From contig CM052832.1 of assembly GCA_028534125.1 (NCBI GenBank), positions 20,958,001 to 21,022,000 of the forward strand: a DNA stretch of 64,000 bases, read 5' to 3'. The stretch is from Lama glama. Lineage: Eukaryota. The notes beneath the pieces are model-generated. The model was not told where the DNA came from, searched no databases, and saw nothing but the letters and a program-made list of their open reading frames with translations. Shown here in pieces: positions 52,032 to 64,000 of the stretch; position 1 is the stretch's first letter; the number at the start of each line of letters is the position of its first letter. The position numbers were made by a program, and so were the translations under genes.

Positions 52032-52188
52032 TTCATTCAGGGTGATAAAAAAGTTCTGGAACAAGAGAGTGGTGATGGCTGCACAACATTGTGATTTTAA
52101 CTAATGCCACGGAACTGTACACTTTAAAATGGCTAAAATGGCAAATTTTATATTTTGAGTATTTTACCACAATTAAAAGGAAAAAAAA
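52032..52188 (+). mobile_element. Nested L1MB-like 3' end
   Basis: gggtgataaaaagttctggaac...ggtgatggctgcacaacattgtga...ttttaccacaattaaaa. Confidence 0.88.
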
Positions 52189-53064
52189 GGAATCTTCAAA
52201 GTAGCCAGAGTAAAATGATATGTACATGATTAGAATGATTAGAATGGCTGTGGATATCTATCCATACAAAACTTCAAGGCTAGAAAGAAATAGCACAAAA
52301 TTTTAAAAGAAGTGTCATCTCAGATTATAATAAAAACATTATCAATAATACAAGTGAAATAAAGACATTCTTAGATGAAGGGAAGTGTTAAGAATTCACA
52401 GCAGACCTACTCCAAAAGAACTGCTAGAGGAAGAGCTTTAGAAAGAAGGAAAATGTCAATAGAAGGAAACATGATTCGAGAGGAACAAAAGACGAACAAA
52501 TGAATCCGGACAAATATAGACTATCCTCCTCTTGGGCTCTTTAAAACGTGTTTGATGGTTGAAAGTGAAAAATGACATTTTCAACGCATGTAGATGCTAC
52601 ACATTAAGACATCAATGGCACCAAGGAGGAAGTGTAAAGGGATCTATAAGGGCTCTACATTCCAAATGAAGTGTTAAGATATAAGCCATATGTTAAAAAG
52701 TTAAATATATATTTTGTCATCCATGGAACAGTCACTAAAAAAGTTATACAAAGAGATATTGTCAAAATCTCAATGAATTAACATGGAAATCTGAAAATGT
52801 TCAAATAACCCAAAGCGTGATAGGGAAAGAGAGAGGAACAAAAAATAGGAAACTAAGAACTAATGGACAGGTAGACCTAAATCCAAATATGTCAATAATT
52901 ATATTAAAAGTACATGGTCTAAACATAACAATTAAAAGTCAGCGATTGTTTAAAACGACTCAACTATATGCTACCTATGAGAAATTCACTTCAAAAATAT
53001 TTATATAGGTAGGTCAAAAGTAAAAGAACAGAAAAATATAATGCAAACCAAAATAAAGCTGGAA

Positions 53065-53875
53065 AAGCAAACAATTCATTTATATAATAAGCAAAAATAA
53101 TGAACAGACATATTTCACTGAAAAGGATATGAAGATATCTAACAATCACATGCAAAGATTTCCAATATAATCAGCCATTAGGGAAATCCAAATTAAAACC
53201 ACAATGAGATACTACTACACATCTATTAGAATGGTTAGAACAGTAACATCAAATCCTGGGAAAAATGCAGAGAAACTGAATCATTCATATGTTTCTTATG
53301 GGAATACAAAATGATACAGCCATTCTGGAAAGCCACTAAACAACATTTAGTTTCTTATAAAATTCAATACTGGAATACTACTCAACAACAAAACTGAACT
53401 ACTGATCCATACAAGTTGGATGAATCACCAAGGAATTATGCTTAGTGAAAAAGAGCCAATCCCTAAAGGTGGTATATGCTGTATGATTCCATTTATGTAA
53501 CATTCTTGAAGTTACCAAATTATAGAAATGGAGAACAGATTAGTAGTTGCTAAGGGATGGGGGAAGGGGGATGGGAAATGAGTGTGATTATAAAAGAGCA
53601 ACACAATGGATCCTTGTGGTAATAATGGAAGTGACTCTGTGTCTTGACTGGTGGTAAATACAAAAACCTACACATTTGCTAAAATTGCATTTAACTAATA
53701 CACACACAAGGACACGTAACACCACATAAATCTGAATAAGATCAGTAATTTGTATCCATGGCAATTTCCTGGTTGTGATACTGTGGCACAGTCAAAGATA
53801 TTACCATCAGGGGAAATTAGGTAAAGAGTTCACTCCTACAACTGCATGTGAATGTACAATTCTCAATATAAAGTT
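53065..53875 (+). mobile_element. Nested L1MC/MD-like 3' end
   Basis: attagggaaatccaaattaaaaccacaatgagatac...tatagaaatggagaacagattagtagttgc...caactgcatgtgaatgtacaat. Confidence 0.88.
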
Positions 53876-54639
53876 GTTACCTTTTTTTTTTCCAAATAGA
53901 GAAAAACACTTAAGTGAATGGCTATATTAACAGGCAAAGTAAAGTTCACAACAAAGAAAATTACCAGGGATAAAGATGGAATACTGCATAATGACAGAAG
54001 AACTGATTCACCAAAAAGACGTATCAATCATATGCATATGTACCTAACAGCAGAGCCCAAAATACACAAAGCAGAACTAAGGAAAAAAGTAAATAAATCC
54101 ACAATTACAGTTGGAGACATCAACACACCCCTCTCACTAATAGTTAGAACTAGTAGACAGAAAATCAATAAGGATAGAAAAGAACTGAACAATAATACAT
54201 CAACCAATTAGATCCAGCTGACATATACAGAACACCCCATGCAACACTAGCAAAATATACATTCTTGTTAAGAGTAAATGAAACATTCAACAAGATAAAC
54301 CATAACTTGAGCCTTAAAAAAAAGTGCAACTAGTGTTTAAAGATTGCAGTCATACATTATTTTCAGATCATCATGTAATTAAACTAGAAATCAATACCAG
54401 GAGAATCTCCAATATTTTAAATAAAATTTCAACATGTACATTCAAACTACTTTCATTTACATGTGTTATTATAATACTTGAAAATCTTTAAGCTACATCG
54501 AATTAAGTCTATTGTGCATTTAAAAGAAAATCATGAGAGAGTTAAGTCTCTGGAACTAGCCATTTGGCAGTCACAAGGTAGATATAGTCTATGGCCACTA
54601 TAATACTGGCATCATTGGTATGGAACAGTAAGGACCATT

Positions 54640-54925
54640 TGAACAGAAACAGACTCAGACAAAGAAAACAAACTTATGGTTACCAAATGGGGAAAGGGGG
54701 AAGATAAATTAGGAGTTTGGGATTAACAGATACTCACTACTATATATAAAAAATAGACAAACAACAAAGTCTTACGGTATAACACAGAGAACTATAGTCA
54801 GTATCTTGTAAAAACCTATCATGGAAAAGAATTTGAAAAAAGAGTATGTATAACTGAATCACTCTGCTGTACACCTGAAAATAACACAATATTGTAAATG
54901 AACTACACTTAAATGAAAAAAAAAT
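54640..54925 (+). mobile_element. L1 3' end (L1MA9-like)
   Basis: aacagaaacagactcagac...aaacttatggttacc...ggagtttgggattaacagatac...taactgaatcactctgctgtacacctgaaa. Confidence 0.9.
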
Positions 54926-55494
54926 TTAAAGGAATCCTCTAAGCCATACTCTGGAACAACTTCAGTAGTTGCTCATAAGTCACTAAACAGCAATATACAC
55001 TTAAGGGGTCAGGGCTCGAAAATACAACTACATCAAGGCTGAGATTCTAGGCTTGATCTGACCCAGTATATCCAGCCGCCGCCGCCTCCTCCTCCCTTTA
55101 GATAAGTTCAGACATTCCATGATTGAAAGAATCTCAGCTCCTGAAATGTGAATGTCTTTTAGACACTTGAGACATTCAGAAGACTTTCTAATCTACAGAA
55201 AATAAAGTCTGACTTATTAAAAACATAGGTCAGGGTTGAGATATTCTATCAGACGTGTCAAATGAAGGAGGGGTTGGTTATAGCATATTTTAATATTCTA
55301 AATGTATATTATGCCAGCAATTAATTTTCTAATTTCAAATTATACTCTCATCTCCAACGGTAGCAATGTAAAGGCAAAAGGAAAGTATGCCAGAAAGTAA
55401 ATAGTGTAGATATAATTAATAGATATGCAATATGCATTTTTACTATGATCTACATTTAAAAAAAAAAAGTAACACCCATAGCCTCCATCCTTAG

Positions 55495-56335
55495 CTTACA
55501 TTCATCTAACAAATATATATTGACCATCTATTGGGTGCCAGACATGATACAGTCATTACTCTTGAGAATTTCCTAGTTCAGTGGAGAGACAGACAGACAC
55601 AGAAGGAAACAATTACAATTTAATATGATATTTGCTATAACAACGGAGCCACAAAGGGATATTGACAGGCTTCACAGAAGACCTTTGGCTGGACTTTTGA
55701 GTAGGTAGGACAGTCTCCAGGAGAAGTGAGGGGAAGAGGAGAACCAAGAGAAGGACAGGACATGGAAGCACGCTATTCCTTAGTAACACTGGAACTTAAG
55801 GAACTTTAAACATAGGATGAGGTGGGGGAAGGTGGGAGAGGACTTATCTGGGGAAGGGTTTGTGTACCCCAGAGGATTAAGGCAAAGGAGAGACATGATG
55901 AGAAGTTTCCTCAAAAAACAAACTCCGGAGACAGGTAGCACCTGTTGCAGTTACCCAGCAACAAATAAGACTCGACTCAAACGGTAGCCACAGAAATGGG
56001 GGAAGGACAGCATCCGGGGTGCTCAGTAGATAAAACAGAACGGACTTCGTGACCAAACTGTGAGGAAGGAGGCCCAGCCTGTAGCATGAACATATCCTAA
56101 AGACAGAGAATACAAGAGGAAAAACTTGGGCCAAAGAAGATAATGAATTGGTTTTGAACATGCTGGTGTCCAATGTGATGAAGCTCGCAGACAGAAACCA
56201 GACAGAGACTTGAAGCAGTACCGTGAGCACACGAGTGTGGGTTCAGGAGTCAAGAGGCCACAGGTCAAAGTTTAGGAGTCAGTCGTTGATGAGCTGTTGA
56301 AGTCTCTGGGGATAGACGAAATCAAACATGGAAAA
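55495..56335 (-). mobile_element. L2 fragment
   Basis: cattcatctaacaaatatatattga...gtgccagac...tagttcagtggagagacagac...ttttgaacatgctg. Confidence 0.8.
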
Positions 56336-59249
56336 TACATTCTTGTGATTCCTCTAATAAATGCTTCCTTGGCAAGGGAGCACTGATTGAAAAGTGATTA
56401 AGGCTTAGGACACATTAAGGTTCCTTTGGTTCAAGAAGTTTACAAAGCACTCTTCTAAAATGGTCATCACGAAAGGCAATAGTTAGACAATGTTCTATCC
56501 TCAACACTGAACTCCACTTCTGAAGGGGAGTTAACAACACGCCTGCCCCCTGCCCAGGAAGGGTTCCAACGGCTGATGGCACAGACGGCCCTCTTCTGCT
56601 GACGTTCCAGCCAACACCCAAGCTACGTCCACCCCTCACTCATCGGGGCACTTCTCTCCTCTCCCCACCCCCAGCCTTGTCCCTCCCCTCCGCTTTTGTT
56701 GTGAATTTATCTGGAGGCCATAAAGAGGCTATTAACTCTTCCCACAGCAGGCAGCTTAAGGATCAAATATAATGTTATTTCAAAAATAAATGTGGTAAGG
56801 AGAAACATTGCTATTGACATCTGTAGAAAGCAGCTGAAGGGTCAGAACTAGAAAGGGAAGCTGGAATCAGAAAATCCAAGCAGAATGAAGGTTCCCCTGC
56901 TTAGAATTATCTGGGGGCATCGAAGTCCAACTAGCTTACCTCTAAGTGGGCAGAACTGCTAGCAGGAGGACTGAGTGGAGGGAAAGAGCAAGGAAGGCTC
57001 CACCAAATTTTAGCCACTCAAGAGCCAACAGGAGGTGAGAGAGGCCCCCAGCCAAGACTCCAGAGAGGATGCAATCGCACGGCCAGAACCCGGAAGACCC
57101 AAGGCTGGGAAAGCAGCTCAAGCTGGCATTTTAATAGCCTTCTTAGCAGAAATCTTCGAGCCAAATATTGTAAAAGATTCCAAGGGGCCAGAAAATAGAG
57201 AAGAACAAAGGGTCTGGAATACAAAAGAACAAACACCCCAGGTTGACCTGAGCTTTGCAACTTCATTTACACAAAAGCAAAGCAGTCTTGCACTGAAGGA
57301 GGGAGAACAACACCTGGAGACTTGTGCTCACTTCTAACACACAGTTCTAAATCCAGTGCTTTAAGATTCTGTGAGGTCTCTCGTTATCGTAGGAGAAATC
57401 TCCAGCAACACAGAAATAAAAACTGCTGGTATCTGGTTAGGCGGGGTTCGGGGGCTGAGAAGTTGCTCTGGGGGGCTTTCCTGACTTGCCCTCAAGTCTT
57501 CACAGACGGCTCTGTGATAAAGGTGACTGAAATGTATACTGCGTCAACAGACACTTCCCTGCAAGGAGATAAACATGAAGACAACACCTCACTCATAAGA
57601 AACAGCCAAGCCTATCGGATACGCAAAGTGAGCCAGAATTCCTTCTTTTGTGTTTTGAAAAACAGTTTAGTGCCAGTCTACTGAGAAAAAAAAATGCCAG
57701 CAACATCCCCAAGATGACATCATTATCAACTGCTAGCTTCAGGTCCATTACAGCACCATAGGCAGCTTGACTGGAGACAGACGCCCCCAGTGTCCCCTCC
57801 CCCTGGATCAATCTAGACTCCGAATGACCTACAGAAATGACACTTCCCATTTTGGATACTGAGGTAGTAAACTGTGTATCGAATTACGGCATTTCAGAAT
57901 ATGCAGGGAAATACTCATTCTACAAGTTACTCTGCTTCAGACGGTGCCATGAAGCACCGTTTAAGCACATTCAAATTAAAGAAGTTAAATTCTTCTCAAC
58001 AGGACATCGGTTTCCATCACTGCCCAAGGCCACTCCTCCAGGTTATAAAAACTGAAGCCAGCAACAGCTGTACCCCTGCCTGAACAGTGAGCAGCAATCC
58101 AGGCAAGTATTATCAACAGGGAAGAACAGAAATCTGATACCTGTTTAGAAAACACAGACAAGTTGGGTTTTGTTTTTGTTTCCTTTGGTGCTTACTCTTA
58201 AACAATCCAATTCACATCTACTTCTGTGCAGAGTTCTTGTGTAAGATGTTGTGTCTGTGTGCGTTGGAGGAGGAGGGGGGACTTACCATCACCACTGTCA
58301 CCACAACAAGAAGTATGTATTTCTGTCCTCCAAAAGGCCACAATCTTCCTTCTTGGGAAATTCTGCTGATGTCTATACTGTTTCTCCTCTGCCTTCCTAA
58401 AACAATAATCACACAATAAGCATCGTTTCAATAAAAGAAGATCAGGAGGAGGTCAAGGCTGTTCAGACTTCCGAAGGCCCTGGTGATAGAATACAGCGAA
58501 TTTATGGCCCTGGTCAAGTGTTTTTATCTTCCCAAGGGAGAAAGATATTTGCGACTACAAGAGTGAGATACTAGAAAGAATGCAGCCTCTCTAACATGTT
58601 ATCATTTGTAAATTCTCTGCCTGATTTGATAGCAAATATCACTTTTCCTTCAGCGCTATTGGCAAGAAAAAGAAGAAAAAAAAACTGCGATAACAAAGGT
58701 GCCATTATTTCTGGTAGCTTTTTCCTGGGTCCTGTTAATAATCACACTTGCAGTCAACTAATGCCCTGAGTTCTCACATCACTAAATAAATATTGCCTGG
58801 GGGTAAATATTAGTATCCCAACTCTGCATTCCAAAATAGTCATGAAACCTATCAGAAAGGTCAGATCTCAGTAAATAAGGCCAAAGCAAAAATAAAATTT
58901 AAAAAAACCATCCTGCTTCCACTATTTCTTAGTTTCGACAAATTCCTGTGTCTCTGGCTCTCAGTGGAATTTCCTACCAGACACATCAATAGTCACTGTA
59001 ATCCCACTGTGTTTGGCATTAGAGAGGTGATGAGCAGAAGTTCCAAAAAAGAAAAAAACAAACAAACAAAAAAAACCCAGAGTCCTAGAAGTGACTTCTG
59101 GATCAGGGACTCCTAAGATTTGTTAAACACAAATGCCCTTAAACTGCAGTTTTAAAATTTGTGCACATAGGGTTTTCTCGGAAAATGTCCATAGTTTTCT
59201 CAAATTCTCAAGAACTCCTAGTACTTTCCCCATTTTAGAATCACTAACA

Positions 59250-59455
59250 GCCAATGGTCATTCTCGATTCTTGCTGTGCATCAGAAGAATCCCTAGGGAA
59301 CTTTTATGAAAAATACACACCCCCAGACCCCACGCCTGACCGACCGACTAAATCAGAATAGTGGTAGACAGCGCCCAGGCATGTGAATTTTGAAAAAAGA
59401 GACAGGGGTGGGCTAGTGAATGATTCTGACACAGAGCCAGGGTTATGAAACACTT
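59250..59455. mobile_element. MER5A-like hAT-Charlie
   Basis: gcatcagaagaatccctaggg...actaaatcagaat...gcccaggcatgtgaatttt...tgattctga...ccagggtt. Confidence 0.75.
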
Positions 59456-62304
59456 TGTAGCTTCCACTGATTATCCTTTTGTTGAATTAAATCACTGAAT
59501 TTTTTAAACCGGGAAGAAACCCTAGGTATCAAAACCCAGCAAGTTCCTTTTATCAGTCTGCTGAGAGACTTGCCTGGGAGAAACACCACTAACTCAAAAC
59601 AGAAATGCAACCACAGCTACAGTTTCTCCCCAAAAGAAGGTTATGTACAAAGAGAGTCTCTCCTGAAGGATAAAGTATGGACCCCAAAAGGTACTGCTTT
59701 AGATATTTAAAAATCACATTCACTTCTCTAGAAGAAAAATCACAAAAGGGGGTTGAGCCCTCTTCTTTCGACTCAGTCACGTATCATCACTTCTCTAACA
59801 CAAAGTTCACCACCTTATACACAAAAATTAACCGATCTGCGTAACAGAAGAATCCTATTTATCAGGATAAACCATCGTGGGTAGTCAATTTTGAGAAATA
59901 CACGCTGAAGGTTGGCTGATTCTTTTGTCTACTAGGGGAGAAGCTGCTGATAGTCAAAATTACGCCTCACCATACATAATTTTTTGTGCTCGTCTTTCTA
60001 GCTGGTTTTTAATGATCAAAACCAGGAACTGGAGCTCCTCTGCCACCAAGGGTACCAGCAGCCAAAGTATCTCATCTGCTTCAGGAAGGTATTTACAAAT
60101 CCTTCCCCAAAGCAGGAAGGATGGGCCCTTTCACAGATCAAATAACATCTATTTATCCTAAGAGAAGGACTTTTAAAATGCAATTCAAGTTGAAAGGACG
60201 AAAGGGAGAGAAGGAGGTGACTTTTCCTTTATTCAGTCTCACAAATTTATACCCGATGCAGCAAGTACTTCTGAGTGGCTTCACAGTAGCTGGGATAAGT
60301 ATACCACGACCTTCCAGATGTGTGAGCCCCCTTTGAGAGAACCCAGCTGAATCCCAAGGACAGCACTCCAGGGCACTGAAAAGAATTCTTTCTGCACACA
60401 CCCACCGTGTGACTTGGTCCAGGCAAGATTTCTCTGAGGCAGACAGTAGAAAGGAAAGGAGAGGACCTGAGTTCACGCTGCCGACGGGGACCCAGGCAGA
60501 TACGAACAATTGTTAACCTTCAAGTGATTATCATATGCCAAAAACTGCTCTGAAATTGTTTACATGTTACCTCCATTAGAGGATCCATTCGTAAGGACTA
60601 AAGTCTCCTCTAGTATGTTCACCCTCTCATAGGGCCCAGGACGGTGCCTGAAACCCAGGGGAGAATGAACATCGGATGAATGGAAGTGAAAAAATTCCAG
60701 AACATCGGTTCCAAAGGGCATGAGTACTTCCTGCGGTCAACAGTGCTTCACACAAACTCCTAACACCACGCTCTCGTTCTGTGATCACTCTTTTCATACC
60801 CTTTCACATCCCCCCACCCCCACCCTTGAATGAAGAACCGTAAGAAGGGAACTGAGGCCCAAGGCCAAGAACCAACTGCCTCAGGACAGACCAGTAACTG
60901 GAAGAGTCAGACCTCAAATCCAGGTCTCAGCTCAGTTCCTCCAGCAAACTCTCTACCTTCAGCTCTGCCTCTTGCAACACTTCTTTGTGCTCTCATTACG
61001 GCAAACCCAGAGGCTACCAAGAGGTGAGGCCATGGGTCCAGGAACACCCAGCCCATCCTCTCTCCTAGCATCCAGGGCTTTCTCCTCCATATTGCAGAAG
61101 CCAAACCCAGGCAGCTGTAAATCCAAATGGTTGCTCTACCTAAGCGTGCTTGTAGCTACCTGCAGTGCAGAGACAATCTGTGCTAGAGGTAAGCAAGCAG
61201 TGACACATGCCTCAGGAACCTCACAAGATGCAGCCTGAGGCTTCTGAACGCACATCTTTTTACAGCCCTAAACCAGAAGTGCATTAGCATTCTTGCAAAA
61301 CAGGCTGTGTGGCAGTTTAGAAAGCCCTCATATAATACCTTCATAAGACCTGTACTTACAGAGATCCTTTCATCCAAGAAATTCAAAGTCCTTTACAAGC
61401 TCAGAGCCGTCCACCCAAACACTCCAGGGAGGTATGCAGGTGGCCAGGGTTACATTCACTGACGAAGAAACTGAGGCAGCCTGACAGCCTTTAAATACTG
61501 TTCTTTAAAACAGCCTGTGCTCTTTGAAAATGAATGGTCTTAAACATTCGTAAGAACATGTCACTGATATGCGGGGAGAGAGATTTGCATCATTTCTACA
61601 AAAATTAAATCGAATGTAACAAGAGTTAAATACCATGTCACAGAAATCTTGCCTTGCTGTAGTTCTTTCAATCAAAAGGGCCAAAAATTTATGCTTAGAT
61701 GCAAATTCCATAATCACAAATTTTAAGACAGAAATTTCGGTCCCATCCTCCCCATCCCAAGCAGAATCAGGCTTTTACACCTTTGGCCAAAAAGCACTTA
61801 GCAAAGGCGATTAGCATATTCTTTCCGGTCTAGATGGAATTGATTTCAAGCCACGGAGATTAGCTTCATTTGCTTTTTAGTGGGAGGTAAACGGCCCCAG
61901 GGAAGTACTCCTGATAGGAGTGGAAGAAGAGTCCTTTTATAAATAAGATTAGGAGTTTAGAAATAATTAAATGTAAAGCAGCCACTGCAGCTACCTTAAT
62001 AAAAAACAAAACAAAAAGTGTGTGCTAAATGACTATAAATCAATAAAAAAAAAAGTTAAAAAAAAAGAGATACAAAAAGAGGTAAGATGTAATCAGGCTG
62101 AAAATAGTAAAATAAAACCAGATTTTATTTTTTTTAAAAAAGTGTGCTGAAAACCTATCTGAAAGTTATGTTTATATAACAATAACCAACACTTAATGTG
62201 TGCTTACTGCAAAGCTAATCATTGTTCTTGATGTTTGTAAGTAATCCATTGTACAGATGAGGACAATGAAGTTCAAAGACCTTACAGTGGAGTTACAAAA
62301 ATAA

Positions 62305-62560
62305 TCACTCATTCAATAAGCTGAACTACACAGAATCTGACCATTTATATAGATTTCCTCTAGAGAGTTCGACATCTAATGGAGAAACGCACAGGTCAAA
62401 CAATTTCCAAATAGGCATGTCCAAGGCACAAGCTTTCATTCCAATGCATTAGAAGCTGACCTGAGGGGCTGAGGCAAGAAATAAAGACTGCATAGAGGAT
62501 TTCAAGAGGCAGATTAAAAAAAGAAAAAAAGTAAGTTTAGACTAATGGCAATGGCATATG
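62305..62560 (-). mobile_element. L2 fragment
   Basis: cactcattcaataag...atggcatatgcaaatgc. Confidence 0.45.
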
Positions 62561-62879
62561 CAAATGCACCAAGACAGAAGAGAATCTAATCTGGGTGATG
62601 TGAGTTCTCTGGCTTTGCCAGGGAGAAAGAGGATGCATGCTAGTAAATGGTAATCCTGGTCTGGACAGGTATGGATAGATAGGAATTGGATATTGTTGAG
62701 TTAATTACTTTTACAATCATGTGTATCTTATCTCCCCCAACAAGATATAAGTCTCCTTGAGGGAAAAAACAACCTATCCGGGATTCTAGCAGAGTGGCTG
62801 ATGTCTCATATCGTTTACTCTAGAGAATTGATTTCTGTTATTTCTTCATCACCATCATCAGAGTAAGCACTTAGATAAT

Positions 62880-63000
62880 GGCTCATAGGCACAAATGTTA
62901 GCACTTGACTTGTATTAACTAATTTAAGCCGTAAACAAACCCAGTGAGGTAAACTCCATTACTATCCCCATTTTCCAAACAGGACTGAGGCACAGCGCTA
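62880..63000 (-). mobile_element. MIR SINE
   Basis: ttaactaatttaa...acaaacccagtgaggta...tatccccatttt...actgaggcacag. Confidence 0.8.
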
Positions 63001-64000
63001 CGTGAGAACACGCACCTGCTAAATGGCACTTGATGGAATGCGTGTGCCCAAAGCACACCCCAAACTGAAGTGTGAAACTGTTACTAGGGATTTCCTGAAC
63101 ACTATGTCCTCATCCATCACATAGTTGTCTGCCACTTTCTTCCTCTCCTGTTCAGTCCTATCCAGTGATACCTGCCACTGAGAACCAACATCAGTGGTTC
63201 TAATGCCCAACATATTCATTTAGCTGCTGAGACATTAAAGATGCCAATTCCCAGTTGCCCAAGCCACCTACTCTTGTGGCTGCCAACCTTATTCCTGATG
63301 GAGTTACTGGTGTCACTTCACATACTCAATGTGGCACAAAATTTTGGTAACGTCAGTTCTCTCGAGTTTCTGCTTTCGGTTTTAACACAGTCCAGTCTCC
63401 CTAGGTTTCCAACATGATTCCAGGAGGAGTTCAACTGGAAGGTAACCCAAATGAGGATTAGCACGCTCTCCTTGAGATCCTCCTCCCCTCTATTAACATA
63501 GCTTCAAGTTTGGTTTAAGGAAACATTCCTCCATTTGACTGCAAGCTCCTTTCAACAACCACAGGAAGTACGCATATTTTCCTAATTCAGATTAAGAAAG
63601 TAGGAGGTTAACAGGCATTCAATGGGACTGAGCAAAGTATTTTTAATTGTCTACCGTCGCCATATGCTCCTTGAGACTGTGCAAGTCTCTTCTGTTCACT
63701 CCTGTTCTTCATTCCCTTGTCTGTAAGATGAGTTAACAGCACTAACTCCATCAGGTTTAAGCACTCGGTAACCATTAGTTACCGTGAGCATTATTCTCAG
63801 ATATATACATTTACAGATACTTAATTGCTCTGAGAAAGGCGTCAGCAATGGTAGCCTTGAGTATATCTTGTCCAATTCAACTAAGTCTTCCCATAGAACA
63901 AGTTTCCACAAAAAATGATGAAAAGAGACTCCTGGAAATCAAAACACCAGATCTCCAGACTTGCCCAGACAAGTGTGACTTTGAAAATGTGAATGAAACA

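Larger units (their letters stand above)
50400..54420 (+). mobile_element. Old L1 5' UTR-ORF1-endonuclease segment with nested L1 3' ends
   Basis: ttctggataagatgg 5' end; ORF1-like cagatgttgaaattatgtgacaaaaactttaaggcagctatt; ORF 53918-54211 contains STITVGDINTPLS...RQKINKD (L1 endonuclease). Confidence 0.9.

Noticed and set aside
53918..54211. Endonuclease gene
   Set aside because: Frameshifted L1 endonuclease remnant.
57035..57684. Adjacent 100 and 120 aa + strand ORFs
   Set aside because: Non-ATG starts, no recognisable homology, no splice support.
63130..63470. LTR/ERVL-like remnant
   Set aside because: Only a vague resemblance; I cannot assign family or boundaries.
1..64000. CRISPR array, operon or other prokaryote-type system; named host gene
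   Set aside because: The sequence is mammalian intronic DNA with no repeat-spacer array or dense ORFs, and I do not recognise the exons well enough to give a gene symbol.

Overview
Mammalian DNA, most likely camelid (one tRNA-derived SINE resembles camelid Vic-1). It is AT-rich, CpG-depleted and roughly half degraded interspersed repeats (L1, L2, MIR, hAT-Charlie and Tigger DNA transposons, one ERVL-type LTR). I can support no host protein-coding exon; the only recognisable ORFs are broken L1 ORF2 fragments. The best non-repeat signal is a set of minus-strand candidate exons that look untranslated: 22020-21681 (CpG-retaining, four uATG ORFs), 20476-20391, 17229-17116, and a possible alternative first exon ending at 34682. 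Together with the strong + strand bias of L1s, this suggests the 5' UTR/intronic part of a large minus-strand gene or lncRNA that I cannot name. I found no convincing novel biological system. Repeat subfamily names come from my recall of consensus sequences, and most repeat boundaries are approximate.
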